In this document: piece after piece, positions 44,971 through 55,352 of the stretch
How positions within the stretch are numbered: the stretch's first letter is position 1
Layout of the letters: each line of letters starts with the position of its first letter
Source of the DNA: Candidatus Latescibacterota bacterium
GTDB lineage: Bacteria; Latescibacterota; UBA2968; UBA8231
NCBI GenBank assembly: GCA_965221775.1
Contig: CBDCSU010000006.1
Location: 320,001-384,000, forward strand
Direction: 5' to 3'
Length of the DNA: 64,000 nucleotides
Translations under genes and position numbers: made by a program
The notes under the pieces: model-generated
Database searches by the model: none
Told to the model about the DNA's origin: nothing
What the model saw: only the letters and a program-made list of their open reading frames with translations

Positions 44971-47403
44971 ATGAAGACCCATCCGAAGCAGGGGCCGGAG
45001 AGCGAGGCCCGGAGCGACCTCGTTTCCCGGTTGAGCGCGGCGACCCTGCGCATCAGCGCCAGTCTCGAGCTCGATACGGTCCTGCGCGAGGTCCTGGACA
45101 GCGCCCGCGCCCTGACCGGGGCCCGGTGCGGCGTCATCACGACCGTTGACGAGGCGGGGCAGGCCCAGGACTTCGTCAGTTCGGGCATCAGCCCCGAGGA
45201 ACACCGGCAGCTGGCCGAATGGCCCGGTGGACCGCGCCTGTTCGAGCACCTCCGGAGCCTGCCGGGAGCGCTGCGACTGACAGACCTCAACGCCTACGTC
45301 CGGTCCCTCGGCTTTTCCTCGATGCCGGCCCTGACGAGGACGTTCCAGGGCACGCCGATGCGGCATCGGGACGTGGACGTGGGCAGCTTCTTCCTCGGCG
45401 AGAAGGAGGGAGAAGGCGAGTTCACCGGCGAAGACGAGGAAATCCTGATGCTGTTCGCCTCGCAGGCGGCCACGGCGATCGCCAACGCCCGTGCGTACCG
45501 GAGCGAGCAGCGGGCCCGGGCCGACCTGGAAGCCCTGGTCGACACCTCGCCGGTCGGGGTCGTGGTCTTCAACGCCCGGACCGGCCGGATGGTGTCGGTC
45601 AACCGGGAGGCGAAGCGGATCGTCGAAGGTCTCCGCCTGCCGGGCGGCTCCCTGGAGCAAGTCCTGGAAGTCCTGACCCTCCGGCGGGCCGACGGCCAGG
45701 AGGTCTCCCTCGAGAAGCTGTCCATGACGCAGGCCCTGGGAACCGGAGAGACGGTGCGCGCCGAGGAGATCGTCCTGGAGGTGCCCGACGGGCGGCGCCT
45801 CCGGACCCTGATCAACGCCACGCCGATCCAGTCGGGCGACGGCGAGGTCGAGTCGGTGGTCGTGACCCTGCAGGACCTGACCCCGCTGGAGGAGCTGGAG
45901 CGATTGCGGTCCGAGTTCCTGGACATGGTGAGCCACGAGTTGCGGGCCCCGCTGACGTCGATCAAGGGCTCCACCGCCACCGTGCTGGGGGCCTCACCGG
46001 CGCCGCCCCCGGCCGAGGTGCTGCAGTTCTTCCGGATCATCGACGAGCAGGCCGATCACATGCGCGGCCTGATCAGCGACCTGCTCGATGCCGGCAGCAT
46101 CGAGGCCGGCACCCTGTCGGTGACCCCCGAGCCCTCCGATCTGGCCGACTTGGTGGACCAGGCCCGAACCACCTTCCTGAGCGGGGGCCGCCGGCACACC
46201 GTCCTCCTCGACCTGCCGCCGGACCTGCCCCGGGTGATGGCCGACCGGCAGCGCATCGTCCAGGTCCTGGACAACCTGCTGGCCAACGCCGCCCGGCTCT
46301 CGCCCGAGTCGTCGACCATTCGGGTCGCCGCGGCGCTCCATGGCGTCGACGTCGAGATCTCCGTGGCCGACGAAGGCCGGGGTGTGCCCGCCGAGAAGCT
46401 GCCGTACCTCTTTCAGAAGTACACGGGCCTTGGCGAGGGGGACCGCGGACTCCGGGGCACGGGGCTGGGGCTGGCCATCTGCAAGGGCCTCGTGGAGGCC
46501 CACGGGGGGCGCATCCGGGCCGACAGTGGGGGGCTCGGCCAGGGCGCCCGAGTCACGTTCTCCGTTCCGGTGGCCGCGGAGGCCGGCGACGGCGCCGCGG
46601 CCGCAAACACCCGGCTCCGGGCTCGCCCCGGAGGCGAGCGGACCCGCATCCTGGTGGTGGACGACGACCCGCAGGCCCTGCGTTTCATGCGCGGCACTCT
46701 CGACGAAGCGGGCTACGACCCGATCGTGACCGGGGACCCTCGAGACCTGACGCGCATCCTGCACGCCGAGAAACCCCGGTTGGTCCTGCTCGACTTGCTG
46801 CTGCCCGAGACCGACGGCATCGAACTGATGGAAAGCGTCCCCGGACTGGCGGACCGGCCGGTGATTTTCATCTCCGCCTACGGCAGGGACGAAACCGTGG
46901 CCAGGGCCCTGGAGACCGGCGCCTCCGACTACATCGTCAAGCCCTTCTCCGCCACGGAACTGACGGCCCGGGTCCGGGCCGCCCTGCGCCGGCAGGCCAG
47001 ACCGGAACCGTTCGTGCTCGGGGAGCTGGCCATCGCCTGGGAGCAGCGCCGCGTGACCCTGGCCGGCCGCCCCGTGCCCCTGACGGTCACCGAGTACGAA
47101 TTGCTGCGCGTGCTCTCGCTCAACGCGGGACAGGTGTGCGAGTACGACACGCTGATCCGCCAGGTGTGGGGAGAGGAGGACTCTGCCAACCCGACCCTCG
47201 TGCGCACCTTCGTGAAGAACCTGCGCCGCAAGCTCGGGGAGGACGCGGGCCAGCCGACCTACATCCTGACGGAGAGGGGAGTCGGCTACCGCATGGCGGC
47301 ACCGGATGACGCGACGGCCGAAGGGCGAGGCTCGTTGACCTCGGCCAACCCTCCGCATAGATGTAGAGCCCCGAAACCTGCAACGAGGACGGGTACTCCA
47401 TGA
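44971..47403 (+). CDS. Single-chain GAF-PAS-histidine kinase-receiver-winged helix regulator
   Basis: SHELRAPLT, NLLANA, GTGLGLAI, ILVVDDD, LLDLLLP, DYIVKPF, LTVTEYELL...TERGVGY. Confidence 0.93.
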   Translation: MKTHPKQGPESEARSDLVSRLSAATLRISASLELDTVLREVLDSARALTGARCGVITTVDEAGQAQDFVSSGISPEEHRQLAEWPGGPRLFEHLRSLPGALRLTDLNAYVRSLGFSSMPALTRTFQGTPMRHRDVDVGSFFLGEKEGEGEFTGEDEEILMLFASQAATAIANARAYRSEQRARADLEALVDTSPVGVVVFNARTGRMVSVNREAKRIVEGLRLPGGSLEQVLEVLTLRRADGQEVSLEKLSMTQALGTGETVRAEEIVLEVPDGRRLRTLINATPIQSGDGEVESVVVTLQDLTPLEELERLRSEFLDMVSHELRAPLTSIKGSTATVLGASPAPPPAEVLQFFRIIDEQADHMRGLISDLLDAGSIEAGTLSVTPEPSDLADLVDQARTTFLSGGRRHTVLLDLPPDLPRVMADRQRIVQVLDNLLANAARLSPESSTIRVAAALHGVDVEISVADEGRGVPAEKLPYLFQKYTGLGEGDRGLRGTGLGLAICKGLVEAHGGRIRADSGGLGQGARVTFSVPVAAEAGDGAAAANTRLRARPGGERTRILVVDDDPQALRFMRGTLDEAGYDPIVTGDPRDLTRILHAEKPRLVLLDLLLPETDGIELMESVPGLADRPVIFISAYGRDETVARALETGASDYIVKPFSATELTARVRAALRRQARPEPFVLGELAIAWEQRRVTLAGRPVPLTVTEYELLRVLSLNAGQVCEYDTLIRQVWGEEDSANPTLVRTFVKNLRRKLGEDAGQPTYILTERGVGYRMAAPDDATAEGRGSLTSANPPHRCRAPKPATRTGTP

Positions 47404-48923
47404 CCAGTCACGACCACACCCTCGACGACGGCGCCCGGGCCCGCTTCGTGGCCGACGGCTGCCTGACGGTGCGCACCACCCTGCCCGCCGACTTCCACTC
47501 CGACCTCTACGGGCGCATCGAGGAGGTCTTCGAGAACGAGGGCAACCCGGGCAACAACCTGCTGCCGCGGCTGCCGGAGATCCGGCGGGTCTTCGACGAC
47601 CCGGCCGTGGCCGGCGCCCTGGAGAGCCTGCTGGGCCCCGGGTACGTGATGAACCCCCACCGCCACTGCCACCTGAACCCCCCCGGCTCGCCAGGGCAGT
47701 CGTGGCACAAGGACTGCTACGTCTTCGATCACAACCTTCGCCACCCGCGCTTCCGGTGGGTCCTCGGCTTCTACTATCCCCAGGACGTGACCGCCGACAT
47801 GGGGCCCACGGGGGTCCTGCCGGGCCAGCAGTGGTACCGCACGATCTCCGACCCCGACCCGCACAAAGCCACCGAGAGGGAGGAACCGCTGCTGGGCGAG
47901 GCCGGCACGGTGGCCATCGTCCACTTCGACAGCTGGCACCGGGCCATCGCCAACCGCAGCGGCCGCAAGCGCTACATGCTCAAGTTCCAGTTCGCGCGCA
48001 CCGTCGAGCCGGCCGCCGCCGGGGCCGCCGACGGCCACCCGTCCTGGGAGGAGAGCGGCGCCGTCTGCTCCGACGTGTGGCGCTGGCTCTCGGGGGCCGG
48101 CAACGGTCCGGCGGCCGGGTCGGAGGAGCCCATCGGGGGCTGGGTCGACCAGCTGGCTTCGTCCTCGCCCGCCGAGCGGGCCCGGGCCGCGGACCGCATC
48201 GCCCTCTCGGGTTCGGCGGCGGACGCGGTGCCCGCCCTGGCGCGGGCCCTGGAGGACGAGGACGAGCCGGTGCGCCTGAACGCCGCCTACGCCCTCGCCG
48301 GTGCCGGGGAGGGCCGCGGTCTCCTCGCCGACAGCCTGCGCCGCGAGGCGGCCGCCTCCGAGGAGCTGGCCACGGCGAAGACCGCCGACAACGCCCACGG
48401 CACCAACCCCACGGCGCCCGCCGCCGCCCACGCCCTGGCCCTGGCCCCCGGGGGCGACGAGGCGGCGGCCGGACTGCTGCACGACGAGCACTGGCTGGTG
48501 CGGGCCTCGGCGGCGGGGGCCCTGGGCAACATGGGGCCCGCGGCGGCCCCCCACGCGGCGGCCCTGTGCGCGGCCACCGCCGACGAGCACTGGTGGGTGC
48601 GGCGCAACGCCCTGGAGGCCCTCGGCCGGCTCCCCGATGCCGGCGGCGCCGCGCTGGAGGCGGCCACCCGCTGCCTCCGCGACGACGACTACCGGGTCCG
48701 CCGCAACGCCGCCATCGCCCTGCGGCACGCTCCCGCGCCGGCGGCGGAGACGGTGCCGGCCCTGGTGGAGATGCTGGGGGACGAGAACCGCTACAACCGC
48801 TTCTACGCCGCCGACGGCCTGCGCCGCCTGGCGCCGGTCTCGCCGGAGGCGGAGGCGGGCCTCATGGACCACCTCTTCACGTCGCACTGGTGTCCGCTGA
48901 CCACGCCCGGGAACCCCTACTGA
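47400..48923 (+). CDS. Phytanoyl-CoA dioxygenase (PhyH) family domain fused to HEAT repeats
   Basis: WHKD...GPT..LPG...WHRA..NRS...R; five or six DE.W.VR..AA.AL repeats. Confidence 0.88.
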   Translation: MTSHDHTLDDGARARFVADGCLTVRTTLPADFHSDLYGRIEEVFENEGNPGNNLLPRLPEIRRVFDDPAVAGALESLLGPGYVMNPHRHCHLNPPGSPGQSWHKDCYVFDHNLRHPRFRWVLGFYYPQDVTADMGPTGVLPGQQWYRTISDPDPHKATEREEPLLGEAGTVAIVHFDSWHRAIANRSGRKRYMLKFQFARTVEPAAAGAADGHPSWEESGAVCSDVWRWLSGAGNGPAAGSEEPIGGWVDQLASSSPAERARAADRIALSGSAADAVPALARALEDEDEPVRLNAAYALAGAGEGRGLLADSLRREAAASEELATAKTADNAHGTNPTAPAAAHALALAPGGDEAAAGLLHDEHWLVRASAAGALGNMGPAAAPHAAALCAATADEHWWVRRNALEALGRLPDAGGAALEAATRCLRDDDYRVRRNAAIALRHAPAPAAETVPALVEMLGDENRYNRFYAADGLRRLAPVSPEAEAGLMDHLFTSHWCPLTTPGNPY

Positions 48924-48947
48924 AGGCGGGGCCCCCGAGGGGCCGGC

Positions 48948-49709
48948 TCAGCGCTTGAGGATGCCGCCGTTGACGTCGAGGGTGGCGCCGGTGATGTAGG
49001 CGGCCATGGGCGAGGCGAGGAACAGCGCCGCGTGGGCGATCTCCACCGGCTCGCCGAGCCGCCCGAGGGGGATCAGCCCGGTCACGTGGGCCCGCTGCTC
49101 GTCGGTGAGCAGCTCCGGGTCGGCGTCGATCTGCCCGGGCGAGATGGAGTTGACGGTGACCCCCGCCGGCGCCAGGTCGCGCGCCAGGGTCTTGGTCATC
49201 GTCTCGAGACCGCCCTTGGAGGCGGTGTAGTTGACGCCGCCGCTGACGCCTCCCGTCTGGGCGCTCACCGAGGTGATGTTGACGATCCGGCCTCCGCCCT
49301 GGCGCCTCATGACCGGCGCCGCGGCGCGGCAGCACAGGTAGGGGCCGGTGAGGTTGGCGGCGATCACCCGGTCCCAGCTGTCCGGCTCGATCTCCTCCAA
49401 CGGCGCGAACTGGATGAGGCCGGCGTTGTTGACGAGCACGTCCAGGCGGCCCCAGGTGTCGACGATGCGCCGCACCGCCGCCTGCACCTGCTCCTCGACG
49501 CCCACGTCGGTGGGCAGCACCAGCGCCGCCTCGGGGCCGATCTCGGCGGCGACCTCTTCCAGTTGATCGGCGCTGCGCGCCGCCAGGGCGACGCGGGCCC
49601 CGGCGCGGGCAAAGGTCACGGCCATGGCGCGGCCGATGCCGCGGCCGGCGCCGGTGACCAGCACCACCCGGCCGCTGAAGTCGAGGAGGGAGCGGATCTC
49701 TTCGTGCAC
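48948..49709 (-). CDS. SDR oxidoreductase (FabG-like)
   Basis: TGAGRGIG, NNAG, YTASK. Confidence 0.92.
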   Translation of the reverse strand: MHEEIRSLLDFSGRVVLVTGAGRGIGRAMAVTFARAGARVALAARSADQLEEVAAEIGPEAALVLPTDVGVEEQVQAAVRRIVDTWGRLDVLVNNAGLIQFAPLEEIEPDSWDRVIAANLTGPYLCCRAAAPVMRRQGGGRIVNITSVSAQTGGVSGGVNYTASKGGLETMTKTLARDLAPAGVTVNSISPGQIDADPELLTDEQRAHVTGLIPLGRLGEPVEIAHAALFLASPMAAYITGATLDVNGGILKR

Positions 49710-49722
49710 GTCGAGCCTCCCG

Positions 49723-50502
49723 TCATCCCCGCAGGCCGGGGATCTCCATGAAGCGTCCGTTGTCCTGGCAGGCGATCTGGCCGCCGTCGACGATCACGTC
49801 CTGCCCGGTGAGGAAGCCGGCGTCGCCGGAGAGCAGGAAGGCGATGACGGCGGCGATGTCCCGGGCGGTGCCGTAGCGGTCGAGGGGGATCTGCTTGAGG
49901 TAGGCCGCCTTGAACAGGGGCTCCTCGACCTCGGGGGTGGCCGGCGTCGAGATCACCCCCGGAGAGACGGCGTTGACGCGGATGCGGTGCCGGGCGAACT
50001 CCCCGGCGGCGGTGCGCATGAGGCCCACGAGGGCCGCCTTCGAGGCGTCGTACGCGGCGTTGTTGGTGCTCGACCGGTAGGCGTTGCGGCTGGCGACGCA
50101 GACCACGGCGCCGCCGCCGGCCGCGGCCATGACCGGCGCCAGGGACCGCAGGAAGGCGAAGGGCGAGGTGACGTTGACCGCCAGATTGAGGTCCCAGACC
50201 TCGTCGCTCATGTCGACGATCGGTCCGCCGGGCCAGACGCCGGCGTTGAGGACCAGGCGCGTCACGGGACCGTGGCGCTCCACGAGGCCGCGCAGCATGT
50301 CGCCGGTCCCGGCGATGTCGGTGAGGTCGAACTCGCAGGTCGCCAGCGCGCCTCCCGCCTTCTCATCCCCCGCGAGCCGGGCGAGACCCTCGCCGTCGAG
50401 GTCGAGGGCGATGACGCGCAGACCGTCCGAGAGAAGCCGCGTCACCGTGGCCCGGCCGATGCCGCCGGCGGCGCCGGTCACCAGGGCCAGGGGAGCGCTC
50501 AC
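49723..50502 (-). CDS. SDR oxidoreductase
   Basis: TGAAGGIG, YDASK, VNAVSPG, VDGG; GTG start overlaps the upstream stop. Confidence 0.92.
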   Translation of the reverse strand: MSAPLALVTGAAGGIGRATVTRLLSDGLRVIALDLDGEGLARLAGDEKAGGALATCEFDLTDIAGTGDMLRGLVERHGPVTRLVLNAGVWPGGPIVDMSDEVWDLNLAVNVTSPFAFLRSLAPVMAAAGGGAVVCVASRNAYRSSTNNAAYDASKAALVGLMRTAAGEFARHRIRVNAVSPGVISTPATPEVEEPLFKAAYLKQIPLDRYGTARDIAAVIAFLLSGDAGFLTGQDVIVDGGQIACQDNGRFMEIPGLRG

Positions 50503-50963
50503 CGGCGCACCAGGTCCTCGTACTCCTCGAAGAGCTCCACGGTGATGCCGTCGGGGTCGAGGGCGTAGAAGGCACGGGCCACCACATAGCCGCCGCGCTC
50601 GACGTCGACGGGGGGGCTCGTCGTCGAGTACCCCGCCGCGATCAGAGCCTCGTACAGGGCGTCGATGCCCTCGACCTCGAAGGCCACGTGGGAGGAGCCG
50701 ACGAAGGGGTTGGCCAGGGGCCGCACCTGCCCCGGCGGGTTGACGTACTCGAACAGTTCCAGCAGGAACTCGTTCACCGGGTGGCGCAGTAGGGCGACGT
50801 CGAGGGCGATGTCGTCGTAGCCGATCATGCGGTCGTACGACGGCAGGTTGCGGCGCTCGGAGACGCGCAGCAGCTCCAGGCCGAGGAGATCCCGGTAGAA
50901 CGGGATGGAGCGCTCCAGGCTGGAGACGGTGAAACCGTGGTGATGGCAGGCCTTCAGGGTCAT
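50499..50963 (-). CDS. VOC/glyoxalase family protein
   Basis: HHGFTVSSLERSIPFY, HVAFEV, DPDGITVEL. Confidence 0.9.
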   Translation of the reverse strand: MTLKACHHHGFTVSSLERSIPFYRDLLGLELLRVSERRNLPSYDRMIGYDDIALDVALLRHPVNEFLLELFEYVNPPGQVRPLANPFVGSSHVAFEVEGIDALYEALIAAGYSTTSPPVDVERGGYVVARAFYALDPDGITVELFEEYEDLVRR

Positions 50964-51979
50964 ATGGGGGGCAGCTCCGGGACCGCCTCGGCGGCGCCGC
51001 TGGCCTGGGCCCGCCGCGCCGTCTCGGCGATGGCCACGGCCTCCACGGCATCGCGCAGGATCGGCGGCGAGGCGTTGGCGCGCACCATTCCGCGCACCTT
51101 GCGCAGGATGTCGGCAGCGCCGAAGGGGAAGTCGAAGTCGCTCATGGGCGGCGAGTGCACGGCGCCGCCGGGGCCGTAGGCGCTGGCGTGGAAGGCGCAG
51201 TGCCAGGGGGTGCCCACGTCGCAGCTCACGGTGACGCCCCGGGCGGGCCGGTCCGGGCGGTCCCCGTAGTCGAGGTGGAAGGTGTGCAGCTCGGTCTCGC
51301 CCATGCAGCGCACCACCTTGACGCCGCCGCCGAAGAGCAGCTGCGCGAGGCTGACGGCGTGGATGTGTCCGGCCAGGCTCGTGCCGCCCCCCTGGATCGT
51401 GCCGAACTGAAGGGGCCCCACCTCCGGCAGGCGGCCTCGGAACCGCGCCGCCACCGGCAGCACCCGCAGGATCGAGATCGAGGACAGGGGCGCGGCGTGG
51501 CCCTCGGCCAGCTGCACGATCTTCAGGGCGTCCTCGGTGCTGAAGGCCAGGGGCTTGTCGACGAAGGTGGGCACGCCCTTGCGAAGCCCGGGGCGGGCCA
51601 GGGCCAGGTGGTCGCTGCCATCGCCGTTGCAGTCGGCCACGAAGACGAGGTCGACGTCGTCGCTGGCCTCCTCCGGGCTGTCGCAGACGCGGGGGCTGCC
51701 GTGGCAGACCGCGGCCAGGCACTCGGCCACGTCGCGGTCCTCGTCCCACACCCGGGCCAGGGAGAACCCGTCGACCCGCTCCACCGTCATCGCCGCGGGG
51801 TTGGCGTAGTTCGTGTAGAAGTAGAAGTGGGCGCCGCCCGTCTGCCACGAGTGGCGGCCGGAATCGCCCGGCGGCAGGGGCCGTTGCAGTCGCAGGGGAT
51901 CGTGGTCGGCGAAGAGCCCGGCGTAGTAGGCGCCGTGGGTGTCGCAGCGTATGAGGCCGACGCGGATCGGAGCGTCCAT
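50960..51979 (-). CDS. Gfo/Idh/MocA-like oxidoreductase
   Basis: IRVGLIRCDTH, HLALARP, TFVDKPLA. Confidence 0.82.
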   Translation of the reverse strand: MDAPIRVGLIRCDTHGAYYAGLFADHDPLRLQRPLPPGDSGRHSWQTGGAHFYFYTNYANPAAMTVERVDGFSLARVWDEDRDVAECLAAVCHGSPRVCDSPEEASDDVDLVFVADCNGDGSDHLALARPGLRKGVPTFVDKPLAFSTEDALKIVQLAEGHAAPLSSISILRVLPVAARFRGRLPEVGPLQFGTIQGGGTSLAGHIHAVSLAQLLFGGGVKVVRCMGETELHTFHLDYGDRPDRPARGVTVSCDVGTPWHCAFHASAYGPGGAVHSPPMSDFDFPFGAADILRKVRGMVRANASPPILRDAVEAVAIAETARRAQASGAAEAVPELPPI

Positions 51980-52083
51980 GGGGCACAACCAAAGGCCGCT
52001 GTTCCGGCTCGGGCAAGGGGCCCGGCGGACCGCAAGGATGTCACGCAACCGCCGCTGGAGGGGTCATGAGTGAGGGAGCCCGG

Positions 52084-53555
52084 ATGACGGAGATCGACGA
52101 GGAGACGGCCTGGATCGAGGCGGCGCGCGGCGGCGACGATCTCGCCTTCGGCCGCCTCGTGGAACGCTACCAGGGCGCGGTCTTCGCCACGGCGGCGGCG
52201 GTGACGGGCGACCTCGACGCCGCCCACGACCTGGCCCAGGAGGTCTTCCTGAGGGCCTGGTACGGACTCGGCCGTCTCGACGAGGCGGCCTCCTTCGGGC
52301 CCTGGCTGCGCGCCATCGCCCGCAACCGGGGCCGCACCTGGCTCGAGCGGCGGCGGCGGCGGCCGGACAGGGAGGAGATCCGGATGGACGAGATCCCCGA
52401 CGGCCGGGGCTCACCGGCCGAGGAGCTGGAGCGCGCCGAGCGGCGCCGGATGGTGCGGGCGGCCATGGGCCGGCTGCCGGAGAGGAGCCGCGAGGTGCTG
52501 GTGCTGCACTACATGGAAGCTCTGCCGACGCCGCGGATGGCGGCCCAGCTCGGCCTGACCGAGGCCGCCGTGCGCCAGAGGCTGCGGCGCGCGCGCCTGC
52601 AGATGCAGAAGGAGGTGGAGGAGATGCTGGCGGAGACGATTCGGGCCGGGGCGCCCGGCGAGGAGTTCGGCGACGGCGTGGCCGAGCTGCTGCAGCGCAC
52701 CCGGGAACTGTTCCACGAGGTGCGCTACGGGGCCGCGGTGCCGGTCCTGGCGAGGGCCCGCGACCGCGCGCCTCGGGACGGCCTCGTGTCGATGCTGCTG
52801 GCCGAGGCCCATACCTTCACGCGCACCGCCGAGGACCTGGCCGAAGACCGCGCCGCGTACGACCGCGCCCTGGCCCTGCTCGACGAGGTGGTGGAGCGCG
52901 AGCCCGGGAACACCCTGGCCCGTCTGCGGCGCGCGGCCCTTCGCTCCGTCCTGGCCCCGGCCGAGGAGGTGATCCGCGAGCACGAGGAGATCCTCGCCGC
53001 TGCCCGCGGCGGTCCCTTCGAGCCCGTGGCGCGGCTCGAGCTGGGGCGCCGCCACCTGGCGCGCGGTCTCGCCGCGGAGGCCCTGGAGCACTACCGGGCC
53101 CTGGAGCCGGAGTACCCCTGGCTGGCCTGCGTCCTCCACTCGGAGATGGGGGTGGCCCGGGCCATGGGCGGCGACCCTCCGCGGCGATCGGCCACTTCGA
53201 GCGGGCCGTGGAGCTGACCACCCCCGAAGCGATGGCCGCCCTCCAGGACAGGTCGCGGCAGCTGATGGGCGAGGTCTACTGGAGCTTCTGGCGCAGCGTC
53301 GACAACCTGCCGGTGCGCCAGTCCCAGAACCACGCCTGGCTCGCCGGCCTGCGGGCCCGGGGCGGCTATCTCGATGCCGCCCGGCGGCACCTGCGCGCGG
53401 CGCTGGGCTTCCTGCGGCACGACGAGGTGGGACCGGCTCGGAGGGCGCTGAAGAGGGAGTTCGTGCACCGGATGGAGCAGATGTTCCCGGAGCTGGCCGC
53501 CGCGGAGGAAGTGCAGGCCCTGCGCCGGGAGATCGAGTCCGAGGAGCGGTCATGA
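52084..53555 (+). pseudogene. ECF sigma factor with C-terminal TPR extension, split by a 1-bp frameshift near 53175
   Basis: DLAQEVFLRAW and LGLTEAAVRQRL, then TPR helices. Adding one C to the CCC run gives ...MGGDPSAAIGHFERAVEL..., in frame with 53208-53555. Confidence 0.8.
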
Positions 53556-55096
53556 CGGCGACCGCAGGAACCGCGCCGGCGCGCCCCCGCGGGGCGGCCC
53601 CGTCTCCCGGCGTCGGACTGCCTCCCATCGAGGAGCACGCCCGCGGCCTCGGCTTCGAGGGGTTGCTGAACTACCGGCTCTGGTGTCACCGCTCGGGCTT
53701 CGGCAGCGGCCTGCACAAGGACCGCGCCGAGCGCGCCCGGGAGCGGGAAGCGGCGCGCCTGCGCCCGAGGGCGCCGCACCACACCGAGCGGCGCCGGGAG
53801 ATCATCGAGCGGCTGGTGACGCCGCGCCTCGACGCCGCGGGGTCCAGGCGCCTGGGAGCGCCGGTCTCGGCTGCGGGGATCGACCTCGACGCCGGGACGC
53901 TGCGGGCCCTGCGGGCCCTCCTGCTCCAGTACGACGGCTACGCCGACGTCCTGCACCGGCGCCGGATCAGCCGCTCCGGGCGCCACCCGCGGCTCGGGTG
54001 GGGGCTGGTGATGCTCGCCGCCCGGCACGCCGAGTGGTTGCGTCCCCCCGCCACGTGGGAGCCCGAGCCTCGCCACTGCCCCTCGAACCACGGCCCCCTC
54101 TTCCGCTCCCTGGCGCGCCATCTGCTGGCCCGCTACGAGGTGCCGCGGTTCATGGACTCGGCGTGGTTCGAGGTCGACCCGGAAGTCGGCCGGCGCCAGC
54201 AGGGCTGGTGGATCACGGTCGCCCAGGGCGGCAACATCCGCAGGGCCGACACGCCGGTCCGCCTGACGAAACGGATGGCCCACATCTTCCTGCAGGCCCC
54301 TAACAGCGCCGCGTTGATGACCAACCTGAGGTGGGCCCAGGTGATCGGCATGGGGGGCGACGAGCGGCTGGCCCGGGCCATCCTGCGCACCCGCCTCGGG
54401 CGCCGCTTCGAGAACGACGAGTTCTGGAGCTCGGTGGTGCTGTTCCTGGTGAACAACGCCATGATGGACCCGAGCTGGGCCGGTCCCGTCGTCGACTATG
54501 TCCACAACATGAAGTACGCGCCGCGCCGGATCGTGCGCGAAGGCGGGGGCGTGGAGGAAGGCCCCCCGCCGCAGCCCGGATTCACCATGAAGGGGCGCAG
54601 CGCCACCAAGCTGCTGCGCCAAGTCGAGGCCTGGCACGGCGACCTGAACCGGGAGCGCTACGTCCAGTTCCAGACCTGGCAGCCGAGCGGCATCCGCCCC
54701 TTCGAGCTGGAGGACGAGACCGAGGAGCTGGGCAAGGTCCGCTGGACCGTGCAGGAGCTGGTGTCGAGCTGGGAGCTGGCCGCCGAGGGCACGGCCCTGA
54801 ACCACTGCGTCGTCTCCTACTCCGATCAGTGCGCCGACGGCGAGACCTCGATCTGGTCGATCTGCGCCCGGCGCGACGGCGCCGAAGAGCGGGAGAACGT
54901 GCTCACCGTGGCCGTCGACCTGCACCAGCGCGCGGTGACCCAGGCCCGGGGCAAGTACAACGCCCTCCCCAACCGCCGGCCGAACAGCGCCCGCCTGCGC
55001 CGCGCCGCCCAGGCGGGATACCTCGACCTGCTGAGCCGGTCCGATCACGTGCTGCGGGTGTGGATCGACCGCGAGCGGCTGCGGCGCACTTCCTGA
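53552..55096 (+). CDS. PcfJ-domain protein
   Basis: [12 protein letters not shown]; FTMKGRS...VEAWH; [16 protein letters not shown]; QARGKYN. Confidence 0.82.
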   Translation: MTATAGTAPARPRGAAPSPGVGLPPIEEHARGLGFEGLLNYRLWCHRSGFGSGLHKDRAERAREREAARLRPRAPHHTERRREIIERLVTPRLDAAGSRRLGAPVSAAGIDLDAGTLRALRALLLQYDGYADVLHRRRISRSGRHPRLGWGLVMLAARHAEWLRPPATWEPEPRHCPSNHGPLFRSLARHLLARYEVPRFMDSAWFEVDPEVGRRQQGWWITVAQGGNIRRADTPVRLTKRMAHIFLQAPNSAALMTNLRWAQVIGMGGDERLARAILRTRLGRRFENDEFWSSVVLFLVNNAMMDPSWAGPVVDYVHNMKYAPRRIVREGGGVEEGPPPQPGFTMKGRSATKLLRQVEAWHGDLNRERYVQFQTWQPSGIRPFELEDETEELGKVRWTVQELVSSWELAAEGTALNHCVVSYSDQCADGETSIWSICARRDGAEERENVLTVAVDLHQRAVTQARGKYNALPNRRPNSARLRRAAQAGYLDLLSRSDHVLRVWIDRERLRRTS

Positions 55097-55352
55097 CACG
55101 GCCCGCGGGCGGAGACGCTCTCCCGCGCCGCAGGCGCACCGTGCCCGGCTGCGCGCGCTCCGCCCGGACGGGATGCCCGCACCTCCTGGTCCGATGGCAT
55201 GCTGCCGACCCTGGATTGGCCGCGAGGACTGCGCCGCCTCTGCCGAGCCCGCCGACGCGCAACGGCGGCGCGTTGACACGGGCCTCCCCGGCGTCCCTAG
55301 TTCGGCCACCCGATCCCAGGTTGCGCGCAACCCTTCAGAAAAGGAACCAGCG

